64,000 bases of DNA from an uncultured delta proteobacterium (lineage in GTDB: Bacteria; Myxococcota_A; Polyangia; Polyangiales; Polyangiaceae), in the NCBI GenBank assembly GCA_963850305.1, contig CAWKKR010000001.1, forward strand, positions 512,001-576,000. Reading direction: 5' to 3'. Made by a program: the position numbers and the translations under genes. Shown piece by piece: positions 51,489 to 63,254 of this stretch (position 1 is its first letter; every line of letters begins with the position of its first letter). The notes under the pieces are model-generated. The model was given only the letters and a program-made list of their open reading frames with translations, was not told the DNA's origin and made no database searches.

Positions 51489-51893
51489 TCAGGTTCGCGG
51501 CGTCAGGTTTTCGCGAACCCAGGCGACGATGTCGGCGAGAGGCGTCGCCGGCTTGAATATCTTCCGGACGCCGGCCGCCTCGAGCCGAGCGGCGTCGTCG
51601 TCCGGCACGATGCCACCCCCGAACACCGCGATATCCTCCGCATGGCGCGCCCGAAGCGCCTCGATGACCGCCGGAAACAAAGTGTTGTGAGCGCCACTCA
51701 TGATCGAGAGGCCCACCGCGTCCACATCCTCCTGAACGGCCGCCGCCGCGATCATGTCCGGCGTCTGGTGCAAGCCGGTGTAGATCACCTCGAACCCGGC
51801 ATCGCGAAGGGCTCGCGCGACAATCTTCGCGCCTCGGTCGTGCCCGTCGAGACCAGGCTTCGCCACCAGTACGCGGACCCGCGCGTTCGTCAT
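51489..51893 (-). CDS. Stand-alone cobalamin-binding domain (methylmalonyl-CoA mutase-type small subunit)
   Basis: [12 protein letters not shown] (DxHxxG), [21 protein letters not shown]. Confidence 0.95.
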   Translation of the reverse strand: MTNARVRVLVAKPGLDGHDRGAKIVARALRDAGFEVIYTGLHQTPDMIAAAAVQEDVDAVGLSIMSGAHNTLFPAVIEALRARHAEDIAVFGGGIVPDDDAARLEAAGVRKIFKPATPLADIVAWVRENLTPRT

Positions 51894-53914
51894 GGCGCCG
51901 CCTTCACCAGCACCTTCAGGCGTCGAATGTCGAGTCTTCCCTCCGCGCGCGCCGTGAACGCGACTCGCCCAGGACCGATCGCGTTCACTAGTTTGCCCGT
52001 GAGCGTCTGGTCACCGACCTTTGCCACGACCCGATCTCCAGACACCTTCAGCGATACCGCGTAGCCCTCTCCGGTGGCCACCGGGAGCGGCTCGGGATCG
52101 GCCAGCTGGAACGCCTTTCCGTGTCCGTCGAAGACGAGGAGGCGGGCCTGCGCGGCGTCGAGTATCAGCCCCACGCCGGAATAGCCGACGTCGCCGGCGT
52201 TCGCTCGAACGAGCAACCCTCCGCCCGTACCCTGCGGCGCCAGCAGGACCGATACGTCCACATCGGACGCCGCTGCTCCAGTGGCGACGGCATCGAACTC
52301 GCCCCTGCCGCCGTCGAGGACGAGTCTGCCGTCATCGAGACCTGCAGCGTGCGGTTCGCCGAAGAGCCTGTCGTAAACGACGCCACCGGCACTCCATGGA
52401 CCATCGGGCGTCGTGCGCTCGCGAAAGTTCGCTAGAGAAGTGAGTTTCGGTGTCACGCCGTTCACCGACGCCGTGAGCGTGCCGTCCGCGTCCGCCACGA
52501 TCGCATAATGCTTGCCGGAGAGCGCGAATGCCGTGACCGATCCCTGATCCGTTTTCACGTCCGTCGCTTCGACCGGCTCGATCGCGCCGTCGTCCGTCGT
52601 TCGACCAAGAGCAGCCGTGCTGCCACCTCCAGCTGCAACGGCCAGCGCCACGCCAAGTTGCTCCAGCGCCTCCGGGTGTCCGTTTGCGGCGAGGATCAGC
52701 GCGAGATCAACCGTTCGTTGCCCATCCACGAGAAGCAATCGCAACGCGCTACCGACGACCAGCACGGGCGTGGCCGGGACTCCAGCCGAGACCCCATCGA
52801 GCGACATCTTCGGGACTTCGACCGCGAGAAACGATCCCGGACCTGCGCGACGCACGTCTTCGCTCGCCCGGAGCGCGGCGCGCTTCAGGACGGGGTCCGA
52901 CGAAATGGCCCGCTCCGTTCCGAGCATGGCCACACTCCATGCAGTGGCAGCCTCATTCTCGTCGGGCGACGACGGCTTCACGTCGGGCGACCACAGCGCG
53001 TCCCCCGACAGCGGATGCGTCGCATCGCCGAGAAAGACGCCAGCCCGCACCACTCGCCCCCGGGCGGAGAGCCCGGACGGGGCGACTTTCGACAGAAGCC
53101 ATGCGGAGAGTCCGTCGGTGGCATGCGGAACGCGATCGAGCGCCCGGACGGCGGCGGCAATCGCGTTCTGCTGCGAGAGGTCGTCCGCTTCGACCAGTAC
53201 CCCGTGGCGTTCGAACGCCGCGCGGCGCGCGCCGGTGAGAGCCATGCGCTCCGCGAGCTCCGGGCGTTCCACGATGCCGCGGCCCAGATCGATCGCCGTG
53301 ACCTCGACCTGAGTTCGCACGCGCAGCAGCTCTGGCGAGGCGCGCCCGGGCGCGCCGAACCATCGCCCGAACGCGGCCAGGTGATCCTGGTAGAGCAACC
53401 AGCACGCTCGCTCTGCGTCGTCGCGGATCCCGGTGGAAGGATCGTGTCCATCCTCGGGCGGGTTCCCGGCGTTCGCGATTCGCGCATCGATGAACGAATG
53501 GATACGAATGATCTCTTCCGTCGCGTCGCGGCCACGGTCGTCGGTGCGCGCCTGCAGTGGCAAATCCGGCATCCGCGCCGCGGCCCGCGCCAGCAGACTC
53601 TCCACCATCGCCGGCGCGAGCGTATTCCGCGCCGCGCTCGACCCGGGCCCGAAGAGCAACGCCTCCGCGAATCTCTCGTGTGCTCCATCGAACGGAATCG
53701 CTGCGAAGGCAGCCTTCAGTGGCTCTGCGACCTCGCGGGCAGTCAGATCCGGGCGGGCAACGAGGGAACGAACGCGCGCCGCTGTCCCCGGTACGCCCTT
53801 CTCGACGAAGGTGCGCACGATCGCCTTTTCGGAGTCCGTCAACGCGGCCGATGCGGGCTGCGACGAGAACACCGCGCAGACGAGCACGGCAAACGCAATC
53901 ACCCGGGCGGTCAT
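51890..53914 (-). CDS. Secreted hypothetical protein, C-terminal ConA/DUF1080-like beta-sandwich
   Basis: Signal peptide ..PASA; C-terminal [27 protein letters not shown] pattern; ORF open to 53938. Confidence 0.7.
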   Translation of the reverse strand: MTARVIAFAVLVCAVFSSQPASAALTDSEKAIVRTFVEKGVPGTAARVRSLVARPDLTAREVAEPLKAAFAAIPFDGAHERFAEALLFGPGSSAARNTLAPAMVESLLARAAARMPDLPLQARTDDRGRDATEEIIRIHSFIDARIANAGNPPEDGHDPSTGIRDDAERACWLLYQDHLAAFGRWFGAPGRASPELLRVRTQVEVTAIDLGRGIVERPELAERMALTGARRAAFERHGVLVEADDLSQQNAIAAAVRALDRVPHATDGLSAWLLSKVAPSGLSARGRVVRAGVFLGDATHPLSGDALWSPDVKPSSPDENEAATAWSVAMLGTERAISSDPVLKRAALRASEDVRRAGPGSFLAVEVPKMSLDGVSAGVPATPVLVVGSALRLLLVDGQRTVDLALILAANGHPEALEQLGVALAVAAGGGSTAALGRTTDDGAIEPVEATDVKTDQGSVTAFALSGKHYAIVADADGTLTASVNGVTPKLTSLANFRERTTPDGPWSAGGVVYDRLFGEPHAAGLDDGRLVLDGGRGEFDAVATGAAASDVDVSVLLAPQGTGGGLLVRANAGDVGYSGVGLILDAAQARLLVFDGHGKAFQLADPEPLPVATGEGYAVSLKVSGDRVVAKVGDQTLTGKLVNAIGPGRVAFTARAEGRLDIRRLKVLVKAAP

Positions 53915-53956
53915 GGCCGAGCGGCAGGCTACCATCACGAGTTGGCGCTGCCTCCC

Positions 53957-54712
53957 CTACTCTTCGGCGGTGAGCGCCGCGACGACGGCGAGCGCCGCGA
54001 TGGCGGCGGTCTCCGTGCGGAGGACGAACTCTCCGAGTGTCGCGGGCGCGAAGGCATGGTTTGCGGCAAGCGCCTCCTCCTGCTCGGAGAAGCCGCCCTC
54101 GGGGCCGACGAGCAACGCCGTGGACGCCGTCTTCGGACGGCCCGCGAGTGCGGTGGCCAGCCCTTGGGGTGCCGAGGGCGAAAGGCAAAAACGGCTTTCG
54201 GACGCATTTTGACCGAGCGCGTCCTCCAGCGGGATGGGCCCGTCGATACGGGGAATATCGCCTCGACCACATTGCCTCGCGGATTCGACGGCGATCGTCC
54301 GGAGGCGCTTCTGACGTGCATCTGCTCGCCCGGCGTCGAGGCGCACGACGGTTCGCGCGGACTCGACGAGAACCACGCTTTCGACCCCGAGCGCGGTGGC
54401 GTCGCGGATGACCTGGTCCGGCTTGTCGCCCTTGCCGAGAGCATAAAGGAGGGTCACCCGTGAGCGCGCAATCATCGACGCGGGCCGGGCAAGGCCGACG
54501 CGACACCTTACCGTGCGACCGACATCGATGATCTCGACTTCGGCTTCTAGCCGCGCCTCGGGGTCGAACGCGACAAAACGACCACCTTGCCCGAGTCGGT
54601 GAACCCGCGTGACGTACCGCGCGACGCCCGCGGACAGCGTGCACTCCCCCCGCGGCAAGGGCTCGATCGCGACGCGAAGAAACCGAGGCTCGCGCGACAA
54701 GAGCGCCTTCAT
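53957..54712 (-). CDS. rsmE: 16S rRNA m3U1498 methyltransferase
   Basis: RVHRL, KGDK, ATALGV, ESARQCGR, VGPEGGFS, LRTETA. Confidence 0.96.
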   Translation of the reverse strand: MKALLSREPRFLRVAIEPLPRGECTLSAGVARYVTRVHRLGQGGRFVAFDPEARLEAEVEIIDVGRTVRCRVGLARPASMIARSRVTLLYALGKGDKPDQVIRDATALGVESVVLVESARTVVRLDAGRADARQKRLRTIAVESARQCGRGDIPRIDGPIPLEDALGQNASESRFCLSPSAPQGLATALAGRPKTASTALLVGPEGGFSEQEEALAANHAFAPATLGEFVLRTETAAIAALAVVAALTAEE

Positions 54713-54747
54713 ACCGCGACGACCTGTCCTGCGCTATCCATGGAAAC

Positions 54748-54936
54748 GTGTCCGAGCAACGGAAGACGGTCGTGGCGGCCGCGGCACTCGCCGCCGCGGT
54801 CGGGGTCTACGCGGAAATTTCCTATCACGAGAACCTGAAGGAGCGCGCGCGGCTCCAGGAACTGCGCGGCCTCGAGCATCCCGCCGCGCCCGCCGCGTCT
54901 ACCGCGCGAGAGCGCGCCATCGATCGCGAACGTTGA
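54748..54936 (+). CDS. Small single-TM hypothetical protein (62 aa)
   Basis: Fills the rsmE-phosphoesterase gap; GC3-rich codons; hydrophobic VVAAAALAAAVGVYA followed by a charged helix. Confidence 0.55.
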   Translation: MSEQRKTVVAAAALAAAVGVYAEISYHENLKERARLQELRGLEHPAAPAASTARERAIDRER

Positions 54937-54941
54937 CCGGT

Positions 54942-55655
54942 TCAACCCGCGAGCGTCTCCGGGTTCCCGTAGTACGCATCGTGCGCCCGCACGGACACCA
55001 GAAGATCGCGTCTATCGCGCGGAAACGGTATCGGCGCGCCCTCGGCCAGCACGAGCGCCGTGAGCGACCCCCCATACACGCATGCCGTGTCGAGCCCGGT
55101 CGCGCACGGGTGAAGCTGAAGGCCGCGTCGTGCATCGTGTCCGAAGACGAGATGCGGGTCTCGTCGGTATGCCGTCGCCCAGCTCTCGGCGCCCGCAAGG
55201 TGACTCGCCTTGCCGTCGGGGCCGATCGAACGAATGTGGGTGAGCGTCCAGCTATCCTGCTCGTCGAAACCAACGCTCGGCAGGACACCCGCATGCACGA
55301 TACGCGCGCCGTGTCCTTTGACGTCCAGGTAAAGCGGGAGCGCGTCGAGAAGCGCCCAGTCCGCTTCCGTGAGCTCGTGAAACAGCGCCTCGTGGCTCGG
55401 ACCCATCTTTGCCGTGGACTGGCCCGCGAGACGTGCTCGACGCACCTGAAGGACGCGCGCCTCGTGGTTCCCGAGAACGCCGCGACCGCCAACCTCACGA
55501 TAGAGCCGCAACACCCCCGCGCTATCCGGCCCGCGTGCGATCAGATCGCCGACGAAATAAACGACATCGCCGGCACCGGGACCCAGCAGATCGAGGAGTT
55601 CCGATAGCTCCCGCGCGCACCCGTGAACGTCCCCTATGAAGATGCTGCGCGCCAT
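54942..55655 (-). CDS. Metallophosphoesterase (ApaH/PrpA-like PPP family)
   Basis: GDVHGC, GDLIARGP, GNHE, VHAG, FGH, LDTACVYGG. Confidence 0.95.
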   Translation of the reverse strand: MARSIFIGDVHGCARELSELLDLLGPGAGDVVYFVGDLIARGPDSAGVLRLYREVGGRGVLGNHEARVLQVRRARLAGQSTAKMGPSHEALFHELTEADWALLDALPLYLDVKGHGARIVHAGVLPSVGFDEQDSWTLTHIRSIGPDGKASHLAGAESWATAYRRDPHLVFGHDARRGLQLHPCATGLDTACVYGGSLTALVLAEGAPIPFPRDRRDLLVSVRAHDAYYGNPETLAG

Positions 55656-55843
55656 GCTCCGCCGCCGGGCAGGTTAGCCCCGACAAACCAATAGTCAAAT
55701 CAGTCGGTTACAGTCGGATGCGTGGGTCCAGGCGACGCAACCCCCCGAGGCGGGGCCCCATCCACCTGCACTGGAAAAGGGGCCTTGCCTGGAGCGGGGC
55801 CCGCGTGATACCCGTGCAGGTCCGAATCCCAGGGAGGCTACGA

Positions 55844-56548
55844 ATGCCGACAGTCCGGTCCGCTGGCGCTGCAACGATCGCTGTCTTGATCCTCACCGGG
55901 TGTGGGGGAGACGCACCCAAGTACAAGCCGCACCCCGCACCTAGCGGTGTCCAGGCCAACCTTCCGCCGGTGCCCAACGTGCCGCAGCGTCCGCTGAAAG
56001 CGGGCGACGCGTACACCGTCTGGGGGGCCAGCTATTATCTGCGAAGCCGTGTTCATCACAAGGACGTCGCAGACAAGACCCTCTCGATCACGGGTTACAT
56101 CTCGAAGACGAATCTCGACACCGCGCCGAAATGCGCCATCCACAAAACCGGCAAGGCGGACCCCGACAACTGCAAGGCCGGCATCCCGACCTTCTGGCTA
56201 TGCGACGCGAAGGACGCCGCCGATTCCGACTGCATCCGGGTGATGGGCTGGGCGTCCAACTTCGCGCAGATCCACGACGCCATCGAGCAGGACGACAAGG
56301 ACAAGTCCAAGCCGGCGAAGGATCAGGAGCCGTTCACCGACGAACTGTGGGGCGTCAAGCTCCCGAACCCGTTGCCGGCCAAGGGGGCAAAGGTGACCGT
56401 CAAGGGCGAGTACGCGACAACGTTCACGAAAGCGTCGTCAGGCACGGTGGCCGATCCGATCATGGGCTTGCTCACTTACGAGGACATCGAAACGACCGAG
56501 CAGGCCCCCGAGGAAGCAACGCTTCCCGGCATGAAGCGAAAGAAGTAG
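55844..56548 (+). CDS. Hypothetical Cys-containing lipoprotein
   Basis: GGGAGG RBS before ATG 55844; ILTGC lipobox; four further Cys; strong codon bias. Confidence 0.85.
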   Translation: MPTVRSAGAATIAVLILTGCGGDAPKYKPHPAPSGVQANLPPVPNVPQRPLKAGDAYTVWGASYYLRSRVHHKDVADKTLSITGYISKTNLDTAPKCAIHKTGKADPDNCKAGIPTFWLCDAKDAADSDCIRVMGWASNFAQIHDAIEQDDKDKSKPAKDQEPFTDELWGVKLPNPLPAKGAKVTVKGEYATTFTKASSGTVADPIMGLLTYEDIETTEQAPEEATLPGMKRKK

Positions 56549-56611
56549 TCGCCGTTCCGCGCGGTTAGGTCTTCGACACCGCAGCGCGGGCTGATAGGCT
56601 CACGCCGCGTC

Positions 56612-58697
56612 GTGCCAAGAACCGTCCTCTGGGCAGCCGCGATTGCGCTGTTGCTCGCGACGCCGGGCTGCCTTCGACAAGACTACCCCGCGGACGCGCC
56701 CGTAGTTTCGCAGGTGAAGCTCCGGGGGACCGATGCCGTAGATCCGACCGACATTCTCCACGGTCTGGCGACGGCTGCATCGCCGAAATTCCTGGGCATC
56801 TGGGACGGCGTCGTCTTCGACTACGAGGTGTTCGACCAGACCCTGCTCGAACGCGATCTCGACCGCGTCGAACGCTACTACCGGGCGCGCGGCTACTACG
56901 AAGCGGAGGTCACGGCCGCCCGGGTCATTCACGTCGACGAGCACCACGTCCGCGTCGAGATCCGCGTGCACGAGGGTGCGCCCGTGCTCGTCGCGCAACC
57001 GGTCGAGACCCCGGGGCTCGAGGTCCTGCCGCTCGAGATCGCGGCGGCCGCCAAGCGCGCGCTGCGATCGCGCCCGGGCGACCGCTTCGACGAGGCCGTC
57101 TACGCGTCGGACAAGGACAACCTCGCACGGGCGCTCGCGGACAGGGGATACGCTTTCGTCAAGGTCACGGGCCACGTTCGGGTCGACATCGCGGCGCACG
57201 AGGCGCACCTCGAATACCGCGTGGTACCGGGTCCGCGCGCGATGTCATGGACCGATCCGCATCGCGGGACTCAAGGCAGTCCCTGAAGGGCCTGTCCGCG
57301 ACAACCTCGACCTGGTCGAGGGTCACCGCTACTCGCGAGCGGAAATCCAGGATGCGCGGGCGGCGCTCGTCAACCTCGGCGTCTTCTCCACCGTGGAGAT
57401 GCGCCAGGACGTCACCCACCCGGATACCGGTATCGTGCCGGTCACCGTCGTCGTGGAGGAGGCGCCGCTTCGCGCGTGGCACGTCGGCGGCGGCATGCGC
57501 TTCGACGTCCTCGAGTGGTCGGCGAACCTGAGTGTCGGCTGGGCGAACCGGAACTTCCTCGGCGGCATGCGCCAGCTCACGCTCGAAGCGAAGCCGGGCC
57601 TCGTCTTTTACCCGACCCGGATGGACAACTTTCACGAACCCACGTCCGTGCTCCCGCGTAGCGGCGTCCGCGCCGAGCTCCGGCAGCCGGCGTTTCTCGA
57701 AGGCCGAACGACCGGCGTCTTCTCCGCGGAGTTCAACGTCTATCCACTGCTCTACCCGGGTCTCGGCGATGACCCGAGCTTGAAGGAAAACGTCATCGGG
57801 TACGACGAGGTGAAGTTTCGTGCGGGCGCGGAGCGCGCCTTCTTCGGACACCACCTCTACGTCACGCCTTCGTACAACTGGCAAGCCAACTTTCCCTTCG
57901 CGTACATCGGCACGAATCCACTCGGGGACGTCCACGTGCTGTACCCGGAGTTGACGACCGTGTTCGACTTCCGCGACGATCCCATCGAACCGCGGCGCGG
58001 GGTATTCATCAGCAACACCGTCCAGATCGCTGGACATATCTTCGGCGGCGATGCGTCCGACGTGAGAGAACAGCCGGAGATCCGCACGTACCTGCCCATC
58101 TCCAAGTCCGTCGTGCTGGCCGCGCGCGCGACGATCGGGTTTCTGTTCCCGTCGAACTACGGCAGCACCCTCACGAACGGAAACCTCTCGAGCGGCGCGC
58201 TGGACCCCGCGACGTTACGCGATCAGCAACTCCTCCTCTTCAGAGCCTTCTATTCCGGTGGCCCGAACTCGAACCGTGGGTACCCGTTCCGCGGGGTAGG
58301 CCCGCAGGGAGTCCTCGGTTACCTCTTGCCGAGCACCGCGGCATGCGCAGGGAGCACGGATCCTGCGTGTTATCGACCGACGGGGGGACTGTCGCTCTGG
58401 GAGGCCTCGATGGAGGTCCGCTTTCCGCTTGCCGGACCGGTCCGGCTCGCCGCCTTCGTGGACGGGAGCGACGTCGTGCGCCAGATCGCCACCATCCGCT
58501 TCACCTATCCGCACCTGTCCCCGGGCCTGGGCTTACGCTACGCGACGCCCGTCGGCCCCGTTCGGCTCGACATCGGCTACCGCATCCCGTACATGCAAGA
58601 AATCGGCGTCAAGAATCTGCCCATCGAGGAGGGCTACCAGCCGACGATCTTCGGGCTGCCCATCGCCATTCAATTCGGACTCGGTGAGGCGTTTTGA
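56612..58697 (+). CDS. Omp85/TamA-family outer-membrane protein (+1 frameshift ~57242-57248)
   Basis: POTRA motifs (DLDRVERYYRARGYY, ADRGY, LGVFSTV), FYSGGPNSNRGY loop, GLGLRYATPVGPVRLDIG, C-terminal LGEAF. Confidence 0.92.
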
Positions 58698-61600
58698 TCG
58701 GAGAGCCACCGCCCGGCACGCCACGGCGCACCCGCGCGGGCCGATGGCTCCGTATCCAAGCAGTGGTCGCTCTGTCGATCGGGGCTGCCGCGGCCGGCGT
58801 GGTGCTCCACGTGGATTTGCCCGTCGGCCGACGACTCGTCGCGAGGATCGCCGAAGGGGCGTTCGCGAGCGCCCTTCACGGCAGGCTGGTCATCGAGTCG
58901 ATAGGCCATCTGGGCCTGACGCACTTCACGATCCGCCGCGCCTCCGTTCTCGACGAGAGTTCCCGGCCGGTGCTGCAGATCACCGACGCGCACGCCGACG
59001 TTTCGCTTTGGTCCATCGCGTACAAGACGCTCTTCACGCCGGGGCAGCTCGACATCGTCATCGAGCGCCTGCACGTCGAGCGAACCCACGTCGATCTGCT
59101 TCCCGAAGCGAACGGCGAACCGTCCATCGCCCGCGCGTTTTCTCCCAGGTCGTCCGGCGCGCCATCCTCGAAGCACAAGGGCCTCGGCGTCGCCGTCATC
59201 GTGCGGGACGCGGAACTCGGTCGCGTGATCGTGGATTTCCACGCCTCGGATCGCACGACGATCCAGGCGCGGTTCCGTCACGTCGACGGCAAGTTCGAGG
59301 CATCGGAAAAGGGGCTTTCGGCGAGCGTCAATCGATTCGGCCTCAGGCTGCGGGGCGCAGGGCCCGGCGCGCGCGGCACCGGTACACTTTCTGTTCACCT
59401 TCCTGGACCGCTTCACGGAACGTTTCACGGGTTCGCGGGCGACGTCGAGATTCTGGGCAATGCGACGCTCGAAGGCCGGCACCTCGACGTCACCGCGGAC
59501 GCCCCCCGCGTGACACCGACGGCCGCGAACACGCTCTTCCCAGACTGGCCGCTCGACGAAGACGTGGGCGCGCACGTCGAGGCCCACGGCAATCTGCCGA
59601 ACCTGGTGACGCATGCGACGCTGACCGCGGCCGCGTCCACGGTCGACGTCGCGGGACCCATCACGCTCGGCGCCACACCGAGCGCGAGCTTCGTCGTCGC
59701 CGGGCGTCACCTGGACGCGCGCCTCTTCGCGCCGGGCGCCCCCGCGACGGACATCTCGCTCGACGCGAACGCCAGTGGGCGCGTCGCGAACGGCGCGGTC
59801 ACAGCCGAGGCCACGGCGCGGACGGCGACGACCGTCGTCGCGGGACAGGCCGTCCCCGCCGCCGACTTCGACCTGCGTCTCGACCCCGCGGGTCTCGCGG
59901 GCACCTTCCAGATCGAAGAGCCCGGGATGCCTGTCGCGGGAACCCTGCATGTCTCTCCGGCGCTCGTCGCCGACGTCGATGCCCACACCGCAAACGGCGT
60001 GAACCTCCGCCGAATCCCGCGCCTGCATGCCGCCGGGACGGGCCGCGCGCGCCTGAAGGTCCATCTGGAGAAGAAGACTCTCCGGCTCACGGCCGACGCG
60101 GACGGCACCGGCCTCGCCGTGCCCGGGGCGACGCTCCAGACCGTTCACGCGACCGCGGACGCGTCCGCCCCTCTCGCAGATCTCGAACGACTCTCGGGCA
60201 CCGCGCACGTCGAAGGAACGAAGCTCGGCAGCAGCGCGCTCACCGCGGACCGCCTGACCGTGGATGCTCGCGGCGGACTCGACGGCATTCGATTCGACGC
60301 GCATGTCGGGCAGACGGACGGCCCCGAAATTCGCGCGACCGGCGTGGCTCGCCTCGGAAAGGGGCCGATGCTCAGCAACGTCGACGTGTCGTACCGGCGC
60401 GACCCGGTCACCGTCGTCGGACACGTCGCGGCCCTCGACCTGAAGAATGGCAACGTCGACGTCCAGGACATCTCCGTGAACGGCGCGGGCGGCAGGATCA
60501 CCGGCTCTGTGCGCCTCGAGCACGGTGGCCTCCACATCGCGGCCGAAGGGCAGGACGTCGATTCTCGCCGCCGTCTGCCAGGCCCTCGGGCTCCCGCGCG
60601 GCACGCTCGAAGGTACCCTGCGCGTGAGCGCAAACGTCACGACGACGCGCGAAGGAGCAAAGGGGCACGTGCGCCTCGGCCTCCGAAAAGGGACGCTCGG
60701 CCCCCTCGGCGGCGCGTCGCTCGGCGTCTCCGCCGACGTCGATGGTCGCGCGTTGACGGGCTCGGCGTCGGGGCTCGTCGAAGGGCTGGGCGGGTTCGGC
60801 GCGACCTGGGACACGACGCTCGACGGACCGCCGCTCGACCTCGCGTCGTACGAAAAAGCCACCGGGACGGCGGAGGTACAGGTCGGCGACGTGCGACTCG
60901 CCCTCGCCTCGGCCGCGTTGCCGAAGTCGTCACCGATCGACCATCTGGGTGGCCACCTCTACGCCCGCATCCGGCTCGACAGAGACTCGAACCAGGTGCG
61001 CATCCCGACGATCACGACGACCGTCTCCACGGACGGGCTCGCTCTCGGCATCGCAGGAAGCAACGACCGCATCAAGGGCATCGACATCGTCTCGACCGAC
61101 ACGCTCGACGGGAAGAGCGGAGAGCTCTCGGTGAACGCGCGGGCCACCGATACGATGGGCGACCTGGTAGAAACGGCCGGCTCCATCCGACTCGACCTCG
61201 ACCAGGCGCTCAGAGAGCCCGCGACGGCCCTCGCTCGCCTCCTCGAGACGCCGCTCGACGCGACCGTCACGTTACCCCGGCGCCAGATCGCGACCTGGCC
61301 GGCCCGGGTTCGCCCCGATGGCTTGACAGGCGCGCTCGGCGCGAGCGTGCGGGTCAGCGGCACGCTGCACCACCCGACGATCGCGGGCAAGGCAGACCTG
61401 TTTCAGCTCTCGACCAACGGCGGGTTCCGACCCGTGGATCTCCATGCCGAAGGGCAATACGAGTGGGCCACGCGTGCCTTGACCCTTCACGCCGCGGCGT
61501 CGGCGGCGGGCAGGCAGGTCGCGACGGGCGAGTTTCTCGGCTCGGTGCCGAACGGAATCGCGAGCTGGGACGGCCGCGGCCGCATCGCCCTCGAAGACGC

Positions 61601-63248
61601 TCCGCTCGATCTCCTGCTCGGCATGCACCACATGAACGGCGGTCTCTTCGGTCAGGTCAACTGGTCGCGAACCAAGGACGGGACCGGCGATCTCGGTGGC
61701 GATATCCGGATCTCGAACATGGTCACCGCTCACGAGTCGCTCGGCACCGGCCGGATCCTCGCCGAGACGACCGGTGACGTGCTCCAGGCGAGCGTGGAGT
61801 TCAAGGGCGGGCAAGGAACGCTCTCGCTGCACGGCACCGCACCCCTCTCCTTCCAGACACCCTTCCCGACGCTGGCACACGACGCCCCCATCATCGCCAA
61901 GCTCGTGACGCACGACTTCAGCGCGACGGCCCTGGCCCCATTCGTGGCGGGCGTCCTGACGCGAATCGACGGGCACGTCGACGCCAACGTCGGCGCCGAG
62001 TTCCACCCGCGCACGGACCGGGCGGGCCTCGCGTGGGCGGGCGGACTCACGGGCACCGCCGCGATCAAGGACGGCAACGTGCTCGTCGACGCGCTGGGCC
62101 TCGAGGTGCGCGATCTGTCGTGCTCGGTGGCGGCGAGCGCGGCAAATGGAGCCACGAACATCGCCGTCCGGGATCTGCGCGGCAAGGTGCGTTCGAGCAA
62201 GGACAACTTGCAAGCATCCGCCGACCTCATCCTGCAAGGCGTGGAACTCGCGCGCGGCACGGTGAACCTCGACGCGAAGGACTTGCCCATTCTCTTCCGC
62301 GGCGCTCCGCAGGGCCGCATCACCGGCAAGGCGTCCGCGAAGCTCACTCGCCAGAGCGACCGGATGCTCGTCGACATCGACGTCCCGGCCCTCGTCGCGA
62401 ATCTCCCCCAGACGTCGACGCGTCAGGTCATCGCCCTCGGCGACAACCCGGACGTGTCGATCGTTCAATTCGAGACCCCCGCGACGAGCGAGAACGACGT
62501 CATGCCCTGGCGTCTCACAATCAATCTCGGGAACAACGTCAGCATTCGCCGCAGCGACGTCGAGCTCGGGATCAGCGGAACACCCGTGATCGAGCTCGGC
62601 AACAAGCTCGCCATGAGTGGCTCGATCGACCTCGGCTCGGGCGGTCGCGTGCCGGTGCTCGGCAAGGTCTTCATCGTCGATCATGGCGAGGTCTTCTTCG
62701 ACACTCCGGACCCCGGGGACCCGCGGCTCGACGTGAGCGCTTCGTGGCGCGCGCCCGACGACACGACCGTTTACGTTGACGTCACGGGCACGATGCAGGC
62801 GCCGAACATCGCCGTCCGGAGCGATCCGCCGCTTTCCGAAGCCGAAGTCTACGCATTGATCCTCGGCGGGACGAATCCCGATTCGGGAGGCACCGCCCTC
62901 GACGCGTCGAACTCCGGAAACCAGAGCGCCGCCGCGGGCGCAACGGCGCTCGGCGGCAGTGTCGCGGCGATGGGCGTCAATCAACTCCTGACCAACAACC
63001 CGCTCGAGCTCCGCGTCGACACCACGTCGCAGAGCCTGCCTCGGTACACCGCCGCCGTTCGCGTGCGCGAAAACCTCTGGTTCGAAGCCTCGGAATACCA
63101 GCAAACCGAATACAGCGAAGGCGCCGCCAGCGATCGGGCCGTCGTGTCCGGCACCGTCGACTACCGGTTCACGAAGCGCTGGTCGCTGAGGACGGAGGTC
63201 GGGACGGCGGGAGGGTCGCTGGATTTGCTCTGGCAGTACAGATACTAG
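58694..63248 (+). CDS. tamB: Translocation and assembly module TamB (+1 frameshift ~60563)
   Basis: N-terminal TM, long beta-rich body, C-terminal DUF490-like DPRLDVSA..VTGT..RSDPPLSEAE..LILG..DLLWQYRY; start overlaps the Omp85 stop. Confidence 0.88.
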
Positions 63249-63254
63249 CCGTCC

